From: Prorocentrum cordatum
Lineage: Eukaryota
Assembly (NCBI GenBank): GCA_963575745.1
Contig: CAUYUJ010000003.1
Span: 62,001 to 126,000 of the forward strand
Direction: 5' to 3'
Length of the DNA stretch: 64,000 nt
How positions within the stretch are numbered: the first letter of the stretch is position 1; every line of letters begins with the position of its first letter. A program made the translations under genes and the position numbers. The notes below the pieces were generated by a model. It did not search any database, was not told the DNA's origin, and worked only from the letters and a program-made list of their open reading frames with translations. Positions 40,451 through 56,652 of the stretch are shown here, one piece after another.

Positions 40451-41599
40451 TCGGCAATTGCTTTCCATTCGTTCTCATCGGACTCGTCGAACTGCCTGAC
40501 CTCGGCCCCGCGGTTCACGAGTATAGAAAGATCACCCCCCCCCCCCCCGGTCCCAAGACGATTTCAACGTCGGGGTTGCCGTTCGAGTAGGTACACCAGT
40601 TCCCAGTCCAACCCTCGTTTCGAACCTCATCGTCAAGCTGACTACAGAAAGCTTCCTGGCCCACCTCCCCGTCACACAGGGAGGCCCGAAGAGTCTCCGC
40701 CCGGGATTCCGGCCTCTCGGGAGACCTGGAGCGGCGATCCTCGGCTGGCCGCGTTTCCAGCTCATGGGCCTGCTGCTGGGCTCTGCCTGGAGTGGCGCCG
40801 CCAAACCTCTCTCCAAGAGTGCGGGATCTCTGAGCCCTGGGGCCCAGTTCCAGCAGCTCTCGCCGAGCGCTGTTCTGCATCGGGCGATTGAGCCGACCGG
40901 GGTCTATTGGCTCCGCGCTGCGATGTCGACTAGCCGTGTCAGAAGCATTGAGCTTGGGAGCACTAACTGGCGGAGCAGAGGAAGAAGGAGAGGCGGCAAG
41001 AGGAAGGTTGGCCGACGCCCCAGAACTGTCCCCGTCCCCCTATCTCGTTTTTCCCCTTGAGGTGCTGGTTGCCTACGCCTACTGGTCTCGCCTGGACCGC
41101 CGCCCCTGTCGGTGACACTTCTGGCGACGGGCAAAACAGAACGGCTTTCAGGCCTACTGGAACCCCTTGAAACGACAGTAGTTGAATCCCCCCCGCTGGA
41201 CACTTGTCTGGACTGACTGACGTCGGAGACCTCCGCCGCTTCCTCGCCGGGAGCCCCGGTGGCTTCCGAAGCCTCATCGAGCCGACTCTCCTCTGGGATC
41301 GGTCGAAGAGCACTTCCGTTTGCTTCCGCTGCCGGATGTCCCCCCATGCTTTCTCCCGGGCCCTCTGACAGTCCTGGAGGAGGAAGTGGAGGCTCTCCAA
41401 GCGCTCCCTCGGGTCCAGCACCTGGGTCCTGCTCGGCAGGTGGGGCTTCAACCGGCCCGGCTTCTGCGACCTGAGCGTTGGGCCCCCAGGCCTCTGGCGG
41501 AGGAGGGCCCTCCGCGGCGACGTTGGCCCCCGCCCGATGGTTGCTCGCTTGGGCATCCCTGAGCAACATCTGAACTGAAACATCGGAAAGAATCTCGGC

Positions 41600-42670
41600 C
41601 CCCCGGGACTCCTCGGTCGTGGCGCGCCTAACTGTTTCCGTAGAACACTTCCAAAGTCTAGATCGCATCGCCACCCGCACAGAAGTGCCGTTATGGAGAA
41701 CGACAAGCCCGGGACCGACCCGTCTGTCTTTCTGCAGCGCAAAGGTTTTCTGGCCCCCCCTGGGTGCCCTCCTCCAGACGTAGACCCACTGCCCAGGGCT
41801 GAAATGCTTCTCTCGACGCACCGAGGAGCGGACAGCATCCGCCAAGCGCCGCCGATTTGAGCTCTCGAAGAGCTCTTTCCTGGCCAGACGGCGGATGGCA
41901 TCGCGACGAGCGTGCTCAGCCGCTGCCGCGTCGCTGTCCCAGGATCCGGGAGAGAGATCTTCGGCCCCCGCGACCTGGAGGGGGTCGCCCCCGGTGAGGT
42001 CGTTCGGGATTCTGGGGTTGATCCTGAAAACAAGTTGATACGGCGTGAGTTCCCCCCTGTGGAGGTACCAACTCTTAGCCGAGACGACCTCATGAACGAG
42101 GAGTTTCGAGCTCGGCCGGCGTGGCGACGAGAACCCCCTCGGAAGCCTTCGCGAGGATGTCTTTCACCCAACCCCCGCGCCTTTCGGCCCGGCCGTTTTG
42201 CCGCGGACTCTCCGAGTCCGTGAAGTGTTACAAAACTCCTGGGCGTTCTATTCCCCGCTCAAATTCTGCCTTGAACTCCGGTCCTCCGTCCGCGATGGCA
42301 AGGGGGGGGCCCCGAAGGGTCGACTGCAACGCCTCATGCGCGCCCTCCAGGCCCCCAGAGCAGTGCCATCGTACATCTCGACGGTTTGAAAGTTAGTGCC
42401 AGAACATATCACGTTGAGAAAGGCCAGCTGCTGGTCCTGAAAGGCAGCGCAAAAGGCGTCCATATCTTATTGAACTCAAAAGTCCTGGGAACGGCGGCTG
42501 GTCGCGTGCTGTCTGGGCGGGCGTGGGCAGCGCAATCCCCGCACTGGTATTCATCGCCAACAAACTGCAAGACCTCCGGCTTGGCCTGGGCAGCTCTCAG
42601 GATTTCAATGAAAACCTCCTTGTAGGGGTGGCCCAAATTAATGTGGACCTTGTGGATCATTCTTCGGACC
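41600..42670 (-). pseudogene. Integrase (HHCC, DDE core, C-terminal GPY/F-like module), frameshifted
   Basis: HKVHINLGHP...CGDC; FLNVIC; ADGGPEF; ESPRQNGRAER; FSPGQWVYVWR...RVGPGLVV. Confidence 0.9.
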
Positions 42671-42867
42671 TTCGGGGTGATCTCGAGCCTGGAGGGAACC
42701 TGGTTGTCTTCCTCGGCTTCCTCGGGACCAGGCTCTTCCCCGACTTGGCCTTCCCCCGCCTCCGCCGGGAAGCTCGCGGCCACGTGGGGCTGCCTATGCT
42801 CTGGCTGCCTGGCGCGAGCGATCTGCTCCGGCGTCGGAGGAGGGTGGGCCTCCTCAGTGCTGGATCG

Positions 42868-43494
42868 GATTGATTCTGCCAGGGCTCTGCAAAACTTAGG
42901 AGGGTAGACTCGGCCCGCACAAGTCATGGCTCCTCCTATAAGCTGGGCGCGAGGACGGTCGCCCAGGCATCGGGCATCCTCGAAACGCCGCAGAAGAAAA
43001 GCCTCGCAATTGGGCATCAACCTAATGGGTTTCTTCGAGAGCCCCCCACCCTTGGCGACTGAAGCCCCGACGCGACACATATCGATATCCGCGACTTGCA
43101 CCTCTGGGAGCTCAGAAATAAACCGGACAACGTTCGTGGACCATGAGCTGGCCTTGGCCGGATGCTCGAAGACGAACTTTCTATGGTTCTGATGCTGCTC
43201 CAAAGCCACTTCCATGGCGAAACCAAGAAGGACCAGAGCTTCGGCGTGCTTTCGGCGCTGATGCTCTGATACTTCTTGGTGAAGCTGGCCATTCTGAGCT
43301 ATCGAGAACTGGTCGCAAGGAGGCTCTAGGGCCACCAGCCACGGCCTTTCCTCCCTGAGACGAGTTCTAAACCTCCGCCTGTGGTCCTCTCTTCTGAAGC
43401 CCCCTCCCCCCTCCTGATCGAAGCTGCCGATGCCCCTGATGCCGGCATGCCCCGCGTGCCTGGCGATTCTTGGCGGCGAGAACACCTCGGCAAA
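42868..43494 (-). CDS. Cytosine-5 DNA methyltransferase-like domain, in frame with the integrase N-terminus
   Basis: Motif I FAEVFSPP, motif IV LEPPCDQFS (Cys codon 43315-43317), motif VI FVFEHP, motif VIII-like DMCRVG...KKPIR, motif X-like YPPKFCRALA; uninterrupted within ORF 42409-43611. Confidence 0.85.
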
Positions 43495-43806
43495 AGCTCG
43501 CCTCCTCAGCTGAACCCTGATACTCTTGATCTTGCTAGGGGCCCCCGAATCGGCAGATATACTCTTCCACTCTCGCTTGCTAAAGAGAACCTCCCTGTCG
43601 TCGGAATTCAAATCGCTGAAGATGGTGTCATCGAGCTCCCTGCATCTGAAACGGATCTTATCCTGACCCCCCCCCCAGCTCGGTAACCTCGGAGAGGGGG
43701 CATAGCTTAATGAAAGACTCCCAGGACCGCGCTTCCATGGTGTATTCGTTTGGGTGATTGGGATCCCCTATACTGGTACTAGTACTGGATGGCTTCACTG
43801 CCCTAC

Positions 43807-45651
43807 TCACTTCCACTTGGCGTCGCTGCTGTCGTAGCGGTAGTCCTGCCACCCCGTCGGGGTCCAGCCCTCCTGGGCCAGCCTGCGCTTCTCCACGTCC
43901 TTCTGGTGCTCCTGGGCCTCCCACGCTCGCTCGTCCTCGGACCGCTGCCAGGCTGCGGGCGACCAGGGCGCTCCTTTGGCTGCGGAGCCTCCTGCTGCCA
44001 AGCTGTCGCCGTCGGGTGCCCCGCCGGCGTGGCTGGCGCCGGCTCCTGCGATGGCTGAAGTGAAGGAAATGTCGCTATGCTGCTGATGGTGGACGAAGAC
44101 ACTAGCTGGCCTTCCTTGTCGCGGATACCCCTTGGATTGGCAGTGTCCTTCTTCATCAGGCTCCTCTGCGATGCATACCCTTTCGGTGGTGGCCAGGGAA
44201 CCGACGGGCCCGCTGGCGCCATCGTCTGCTGAGGAGGCAGGCCGTGCGACGGGTAGGCGGGGGTCACGGGCGCCGTCCCGACGATCCCCCAGTCGTGAAG
44301 GCCCGCCGCCTGAGTCGCCATGCCGATTCCGACCACCTGCCTGACCTGGGCGGGCGGCGTGGCGATCGACATCTGCGGTGCTCCTGGAGGAACTCCTGCT
44401 GGTTGAAGTAGACCCGGAGGCCCCTGGTGTCCGACTTCTTCCGCCTGGCCTGCCACCGCTGCTGCTGCTGCCCCGCCGTGTCCCGGCCCTCGCGCCTGAG
44501 CGCTCGCCAATGGGACTGGCTGCGGGCTGAGCTGGTGCGCCAAGGCGGACTGCGGCGTCTCCTGCTGTGTGGGGGTCTCGGTCTGCGGCTTCAATGGCGC
44601 TCCTGGCTGCGAGTTCGACTGGAGCTGCGACTGCATCGTGGCCGAGGCGTTCATATGTCCTGAGATGGTGCTCTGCAGGCCCGCAATCACGCGGTCCTGT
44701 GCCTCCTGCTTGGCCGCGATGTTCTGGGGGAGCTGGAGCGTCTCCTCTGAGTTTCCTGCGTCGTCCGAGCTCGCCGCCCCCTCGATCATCGGGCACTTGG
44801 CTGGAGCCTGACTCGAGTCCTTGCGCTTCTGAGCTCTCGCCTGGCGAGCGTGCTCCTCCACGTCCTCCATCGCGGCGTCGGGCTGCTCCTCCTTGCTCAT
44901 GTAGGCCTCCTCTGCTGCTCGACGGTCGCGAGCCGCTGGCCAGGGCTGGGGGGGCTGGCACGACTTCGCCCTGGAACGACCTGGGAGGCGGGGCTGGCGC
45001 GTTGACCGGGGCTTGCCAGTCCTGCGAGGGGCCCCCATACTGGGCGGAACCCTGGCCGCACAAGGTGCACGCTGCCGTCGAGCGCTTGCAGACGCACGAG
45101 ACGTCGATCCTCGGCTTGCCTTTCTCGGGCTCGACCTCCCGGCAGGCGACCCGCATAGTGCAGGACGAGCAGACCCGCCACTGTCCATGCCCATTGCATC
45201 CGTGCTGGACGCTGGTGGGCAGGTGTCGACACGCGTAGAACGCGTCCGGGATCACCCGCAGGCGCTTGACCAGATTCGTGGGCCAGAACCTTTTGTTGGG
45301 CATCGTGCGCCCGAACTCGTCGGCAAGCTTGTTGAGCCAGAACATTATGCTGCCCACGATGGCAGCCCAATCCTTCTCCTTGCGGTTCAGGTTGGACGGG
45401 GCCTGCGCCCCCGTGACAGCGTGCGTCCAGGTGGAGCTCGGGTCCATCAGGTGGTCGACCAGAGTCGATGGTCGCTGAGCACGACGCTGCGCCTCGGTCA
45501 GCTGCTTCTTCATTCTCTCTGGCGGTTGGCCGGCATTGGCGCTGCCGACCGACGGTGCACTTGGCATCTCTGAACTGCAGCGAGCCTCTCGGCCGGGGCT
45601 CTCGCCGCGGGCTGACTTCGCTTCTCTCTGAGGCTCGAAGACTCGAGCCAA
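43807..45651 (-). pseudogene. Nested ORF with Cys/His cluster overlapping the pol linker in a shifted frame
   Basis: CRHLPTSVQHGCNGHGQWRVCSSCTMR plus further Cys pairs, then a Q/P/A-rich region. The protein-like frame switches at ~44930 and ~43950. Confidence 0.6.
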
Positions 45652-46139
45652 ACCGCTGTAGCAGAAGAACCGCCGCGATAAATATCACCGCCCACCTGTG
45701 GATGACATTCTTCTGTAAGGGGTCCCGCTCACCATCTCGTCGCGATATCTCCCCATGGCATCTCCTCGTCCCTGAGTGTCTGGATCCTTTAGCTGACGAT
45801 CCAGGCTGCCCAAGCCCCTTTGCGACGCCGTCTTCGGAGCGATTCCCTGGATCTTCACTGGGCTCGCTGTCCCTTGTCGGCGCGCCAAAACCGCCGAAGG
45901 GCCCTCTGGTCCCCAGACGGACCCCCAGACCGAGCCCCAACCTCCCCCCGAGACCGTCGTAGCTGAGTGATTCGGCCCTGTGGGAGGAGGAAAAGTGGAA
46001 GAGGTGAGAGGGGGGGTCGACGATCGTCGATGCCTTGCATGCCCCAACAGCGCTGTCGCGCTGAAAATCGCTTTCCTTAAGGCCAGGGCGCCGCGGAAAC
46101 AGAGAGGCTGGACACCCAAAGTTCCTGGGGGATTGGAAC

Positions 46140-46540
46140 TCGTCTTTTCGAATTGTCCCGTGGCCGCTGGGCATCCCCCTCATGGGGGTCTCCACTCCCA
46201 GGCGCCTCAAAGTCATGACACTGGTGTCGAGATCTATCTTGGAACCTAGCATCTCCTGAAGGCCTACTGGAAGCAACGGGGGCACTTCTTCCTGCAAAAC
46301 GTCTAGCTCTACTATGCCCTCTTTGCCCTGGATTCCGGTCGGGACCAGGGCCGCGTGCAAAACCCTAGTGCCACCTCCTACTCCTCTGGCATTCTTGCTC
46401 CTAGGCTCTACCAAAGGGATCTCGAGGCTTATTTTCTTCAGCCTCTGGGGGTGTCGCTCGAGCGCCTGGGCCCCAATCAGGCCCTGGCCGGCGGCTGCGT
46501 CTACTGCTGCCTCCCCGGCCTCAACCGTGAGCAGCGCCAT
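46140..46540 (-). pseudogene. Aspartic protease domain
   Basis: AAVDAAAGQGLIG (DTA>DAA), RGVGG flap, VPPLLPVGLQEMLGSKIDL. Confidence 0.85.
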
Positions 46541-46669
46541 CGCCTGCGCGGCCCGGCCCCTCTCGATCTGCTCCGTCTCCGACGCGATAGGGTCCAGCAC
46601 GTTCGCGAAGACGAAGCCCGCGACGTTCGCGACCCCTCCTGCGGTTGCACTGGCACTAGGACTCTGGCC

Positions 46670-48204
46670 ATTCCGCTTGGGACACTCACGCGCCCAGTGG
46701 CCCTTCTCGTTGCACTTCCGACACCTGGTCTTCTTGGTGAGTTCCGGAAGCGGGAGTCTTGTCTTCCTCTGGCGAAAGGTGCCATCCCCGCCCCGGTGAC
46801 CTCTATTCCCTCGTAAAGTCGACACTTTGACCGTCTCCTTCGTCCTGTCGAAGAACTTGCGATCGACCTTCATATTTCGTTTGAGGCCCCTGTTCTGCTT
46901 CCACGTCTTACGTCTGTCCTCCTGCATGCTAGCGAACGCCGCCGGCAGCTCGTCATCGTGCAGGTTCAGGTTCTCGATGGCCAAATAGATCTCGGCTCGC
47001 CCTCGGTGTTGAGGGTTGATGCGTCGTCGTAGTCTACTATCGAGTCGTCGTCGTCGTCATCGTCCACGGAGTAGCTGGGCTCATTATTCGTCCATTGTGA
47101 TGTCCACGATGACGCAGCTCCTCGATCTGTGTGGTACGTACGTGCCCTCTGGTGGGCAAGGTGCTCCTTCCTCGTCACGTCCATCTCTCGGATGGCTTCG
47201 AGGGCGTCCGGGTACGAGTCCTTCGTGGCCATGGGAACCTTCATCAGCTGCTGGCCTCGCCCGTCCAGTCCCACGCCCTCCTCTAATAATATAAACGTCC
47301 AGTCTTCTGGCACGGGCAATGCCAATGTGCCGACTTTGTCGAAGGCCAAGTCTATCCTTGCGGCGTCCTCCGTCGAGCCCTCGCCTTGGCGCCTCTGGAA
47401 GGAGAAGAGGCACTCCCTCGCGGCCTTGCGCTTCTCATCCCCGACGCGCTCACCGCTCAGGAGGTCCAGGCGGTCGGTCACCTTCTGCGCGCCCTCCCAC
47501 GACATGAAGACGTCGACTGGGATGTCCTCCAGCTTCCTCTGGAGGTCCATGGGCAACACCTTCAGAATGCGATCGGCGTGCTTGGTTTCTCCAACATCCG
47601 TGCTCTGGCGCCACCTCATGATCTTGCGTCGCCATAGCTTGTACTCTGGCCATCCTGCCCACGGCTCGGGGTCCGCGACGTTGCGGCCCCTCTCTTTCCA
47701 GCTCCAGCCGCCATCTTTGGAGTCATCCCACTTCCAGTTGCCGTCATTCTGGTTCTCGCTCCAACTCCAGCGGCTATGCCACCAGCGATCGTTGTCAGCC
47801 CGCTCGGGGGCCCTGCTGGACGCAGAGCCGGCTGCGGCTCTGTCCCTGGCCCACGGGTCTGCTCCGTCTCGCTGCCATTCGTCCTCTCGGTGTGCATTGC
47901 CCTCGGCTCGCCTGTCGTCCGCCTCGGGCTCTGGACTAGGCTGTTGAGCTTGGCTACGCACGTAGGTGAGGATCTGCATCAGCTGCGCTTCCGAAAGCGG
48001 GCTCGAGATGCGGTATTGCTCCGCAATCGGCTCTGGTTACCGAGCACTCTCGAGCAGGCCTCGTAGTTGCTCATCTGAAAGCCTGATGCGTCCGTCCTCG
48101 TCTGCCCACTGTCTCGCTGTCCCAATAGCCGTCGCTACCGGCCCATGGCCGCTCTGCCCGGATCCTCGGGATTGGTTATCAGCAATCTCCTCGTCCGCCG
48201 GCAT
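46670..48204 (-). pseudogene. gag with CCHC zinc knuckle (premature stop at 48037-48039, frameshift ~46975)
   Basis: ATG at 48204 (MPADEE) in frame with ORF 46966-47979 (PEPWAGWPEYKLWRRKIMRW...QRRQGE); CRKCNEKGHWAREC in the next frame. Confidence 0.88.
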
Positions 48205-48243
48205 CGGCCCGCAGAAAGTCGACAGAGCGCCGGTCGTACCGAC

Positions 48244-48255
48244 GCTCCGCCACCA
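48244..48255 (-). promoter_or_regulatory. Primer binding site TGGTGGCGGAGC
   Basis: Starts with TGG 1 nt after the 5' LTR; two A>G changes from the tRNA-iMet-type PBS TGGTAGCAGAGC (tRNA identity inferred). Confidence 0.75.
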
Positions 48256-48256
48256 C

Positions 48257-48528
48257 TGTCTCCCCACGATGTCAGCACAGGATGTATTGCTGCCCACTTC
48301 CGAGCCCCTTCCGCGCAGAATGGTCACCAGCAAGAAATATCAGGGATGGGGAAGTAGAATGGGATGTAGGATGACTAGATGGGATTGACAGGGGAGGGGC
48401 TGTGAAGTACGTACGGCTTGAGCCAAAATGGGCACGGACATCGCACCCCTCTCTGTATGTTCAAGCACATAGGCAAACGTTGGGGGACACATCTGCGAAC
48501 TAATGAGCTGCAGGCGCTCATTCCCACA
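48257..48528 (-). repeat. 5' LTR (272 bp)
   Basis: Partner of 38150-38420; followed by PBS and gag on the minus strand. Confidence 0.95.
48417..48438 (-). other. DinoSL-like sequence inside 5' LTR
   Basis: Minus strand TCCGTGCCCATTTTGGCTCAAG, 20/22 to TCCGTAGCCATTTTGGCTCAAG. Confidence 0.92.
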
Positions 48529-49709
48529 CGTGTTACATGTTCCCAACTAGCTACACGGATGGCCCGCGGTTCGTTTCCAAAACGTGCTTCTCGGTGCTTC
48601 ACTTTCAAGGTTTCGATTGCTACCAGGTGCGCGAATCGAGGACGGTCTGCTCTTGAACATGTAGCTCTCGCTCCCAAACTCATTATGCTTTAAACCCAAA
48701 GAGGGGGCTTTTCTTCTTGGAACAACTACACGAATGGAGGGTGGCTCCATTTCACATTCAAATGCCCGCCTTCGCGCCTCACACTTTTGTGAGAGGCGGC
48801 GTGCATGCCCGAAGCATCGAAGAGCAGTTGACAACTGTAATAGTGGTAATGGTCATTGTTTTTGTAGTCGTGATCGTAGTTCTCGTAGCTCCCGTATGCT
48901 TCATATTGCCACACTCGGCCAGCCATACCGACTTGGCCACCGTTGATATGGGGAGGGCGGGATGCGAGGTTATAGATCGGAGGGACGGGAAAGATGACAC
49001 ACTGTGTCTGCCAAAACTCTACGGCTACCTTCCGGGCTAGCCGTTGCACATATTTTCTCTTTTGTATTTCGTTCACTCCGTCTGGTGTACCCCTCTTTCT
49101 TTCGATGTGATCATGTGCATGATTATGGTTATGTGATTCGTTGCTCCTCCTCCTCCGCTCGATCGTACGGTCGGTTACTCTTTGCCTTACGTGGCACTAC
49201 GTCTGCTCTTGACCTCAATACCTGGCCTTTGTCTGCACCAACCTGCGACCGTAATTTGTCGCCAAGGTGACCTAAGTCGGCTCGCTCCAATTTTTCCCCA
49301 CAAGAGCGCCACAGGCAATGCTGCTCACGCTTGCCCAACGCGGCGAGCAGGATGAGCAAGGGGGCGAGGAGGATGAGGAGGAGCGGAGGGGTGAGGAGAA
49401 CGAGGAGGAGTGGAAGAGCGATAAGGAGGAGGGGATTCGTAGAGCGCACGGGCGAGGACGAGCACGACGAGGCCAGGGGAAACATCGGCTTCAAATGGAG
49501 GTCTCCGCCCGCGCGCCTCGCCCCACTGCTGCCACTCCTGCCACGAGGTGTCCTCCTTCAGGGCCGCGGGGGGGGGGTGGGGGGCACCGCCGACCGCCGA
49601 AAGGAGTGCGGGGCCGCCGCCGCGGAGCGAAAGAGAGCGGCACCCTCGTCGGAGCTCAGCGGGGAACTCTCGCGCGAGGGAGCGGGGGGTGGCAAGAAGG
49701 ATGAAATAA

Positions 49710-50620
49710 CAGCCCCCCCAGAGGCCCCCAGGGGCCCCCAAGAGGCCCCCAGAGGCCTCCAGAGGCTCCAAAACTTCCCCCAAGAGGCCTCAACACCGGC
49801 TCCAAGAAGCCTCCGAGAGGCTCCCCCTGAGATCCCAACGAACATCCACTAGACTTATAACCCACAACCCAGCCACGGTGGCGGGACTTACCGTAGGCAG
49901 CTGGATCCGCCGCCCCCTTTTGCTTTAGCAAAAGGGTGCCTGGCGTGCCGAACGATATGGCTTTTGGCCTTTGGTTCTTTTTCCAAAAGAACTCCCCCTG
50001 GGGCTCCGGCACGTCCCGCCGGCCACCCGGAAACTGTATCAGTCGATGCCTGAAACTGCCGTTCGCTCGGGACATCCTCAACAAATCGCGAAGATGGCCC
50101 AAGATGGCCTCCAAGTCCGCCCAAGATGGTCCAAGACGGCCTCCAAGACGGCCCAAGAGAGTCCAAGACGGCCCAAGAGGCCCCCCAGAGGCCTCCCAGA
50201 CGGCCCAAGAGGCCTCCAAGAAGTCCTCCACGAGGGCCCGAAGAGACCGAAATTATTTATTTTCCGTAGGTTCTTGAAGGATTTTGGCATTCGCGCATTT
50301 TCGGCATTCCGACGGCCCCAGACGGCCCAAGAGGTCCCCAAGATCGCCCCAAGAGGCCCCCAAGAGGGCCCCATGACGGCCCAAGTGGCCTCCAAGATGG
50401 CCCCAAGAGGGCCCCAAGATGGCCCAAGAGGCCTCCAACAAACCCAAGATGGCCTCCAAGACGCCCAAGATGGCCTCCAAGACGGCCCCGAAGCGCCCCA
50501 AGAGGGCCCCCAGTCGGCCCAGAAAGGCCTCCCAAACGGCTCCCGACGGCGTCAGACGTGCCAGGTACCCACCAAGATGGCCGAAGTTGGCTCGAGAGGC
50601 CCCCAAGAGGGCCCACACCT
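49710..50620. repeat. GGCCC(C)AAGA-rich repeat array
   Basis: Dense ggcctccaagacggcccaagagg words; same family as 29540-30080. Confidence 0.85.
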
Positions 50621-50629
50621 ACATTCGCA

Positions 50630-55415
<4,786 letters not shown>

Positions 55416-56573
55416 ATGGCGCCCACGGAATTCCAACCAGAGAACTGTAGGGTTCGCATGGTAGGGGTGCCTGTTGTGACGTAGCTCGTGGCAGGGGAGG
55501 GGCGGGAGCTGGAGACAGGAGTAAGGGAACACGATGCCAACACCAGGAGCAAGAGCCAGGCAGTCAAGGTCCTGCCTGGCGGTGTGGCCCCCCTTGCTTT
55601 GCGGCGTCCTGCTCGAGACGCCTCCGTCCCCCAGCTCTGGGGGGAGGCATCGTGGACCTCGCGGCTGGAGGTGGCCCTCTGGTGGTGGTGGTGTCGCTTC
55701 TCCTTCCCCCGATGGAGAAATGGAGGGAGGGAGGGAAGGGAGGGGATAGGGGAGAGGACGGGAGCAGAGGGAACAAGAGGGGGGGGGGGGGGGGCCGTGC
55801 CTCGTCGTGCGACTTGCGGTGCTGCCCCTATGTGTAGAGCGGCGGTCAGGAGTCCACGATGCTGCCGAGCACCGCGCTCGCGAGCGGCCCACAGACTGTG
55901 TCACAAGATGATGGCCCATCAGACGTGCACACTCAAGCTACTGGCCCACGGGGCGCTGAATTAGGAGCGAACCCCCTTCTTGGCCCCTCCACCCCAAGCG
56001 CCTGGGTGCACGAGGAGCGCTAGAGGAACAACCATCGAAAGTCATCAAAAATAGCGAGACCATTCCGAAACGGAACTGGTTCTTCCATCGTTTTGATGAT
56101 ATTTGGGCGCTTGCCGCAAAATCTGCCGCTACACATTCTGCTGGAGATGCTGTGGCCGGCGTTCCAGTGGGACGCGCCGGCTTCGGCCAGATCCTCGCGC
56201 CCCCCTCTTCGTATCCCCGAGAGCCGCCGACGTCGAGCACTTCGAGCAGCTTGCACCCAGCTGCGAGGAGGCCTTGCACCTGCCGCCTAGCCGCGATCCC
56301 TCTTGGAGCCCTTGCCATCGTTTGGACGTTCCTTCCTCGTGCATTTCTCGGTTTCCTGCTTTTCGTTTCCTCGCCAGATGATTTAGGATGCTGATCGATG
56401 GCCCTCGCCGAGACAAAATGCACACGCCCGAGCGATGCCAGGAGCCCCGCCCGGAGCCGACGCCGTCGGCCCAAGACGACGACGCCGACGACCGTCCCGA
56501 CGAGGTCCTTGTGGCTGGAGCCGCCCCCGGTGGACCAGTGCTCTTGTTTGCCGGCGGGTGTCGACCAGTCTAC

Positions 56574-56652
56574 CTGGAAAAGCGGCTTGTTCGCGCCGCA
56601 CTGGCGGCACGTGCTGCGGTTCGAGAACTGCAGCTCGTTGCAGCTATGACAT
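56574..56652 (-). CDS. CSD/RanBP2-ZnF gene, exon 4 (CHSCNELQFSNRSTCRQCGANKPLFQ)
   Basis: Pyrimidine tract + AG acceptor; phase 2 completes the Arg of GDWR|C to build the second RanBP2 finger. The 3' boundary (CAG|GT) is uncertain because the frame stays open. Confidence 0.8.

Larger units (their letters stand above)
38150..48528 (-). mobile_element. Full-length decayed Ty1/copia-order LTR retrotransposon carrying a cytosine-5 DNA methyltransferase domain
   Basis: Paired 271/272-bp TG...CA LTRs and a PBS. Minus-strand domain order gag-zinc knuckle-PR-DNMT-IN-RT-RH. Multiple frameshifts and stops. Confidence 0.95.

Noticed and set aside
47129..47947. Plus-strand ORFs over the LTR element and LINE (e.g. 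47129-47947, 39988-40590, 33804-34559)
   Set aside because: Antisense shadows of GC-rich minus-strand coding sequence
48417..48438. Functional SL RNA gene
   Set aside because: The 22-mer is followed by CCG rather than a GT donor plus SL-RNA intron, and it sits within an LTR
38145..48533. 5-bp target-site duplication
   Set aside because: ttatg vs cgtgt do not match; at best a decayed 4-bp TSD
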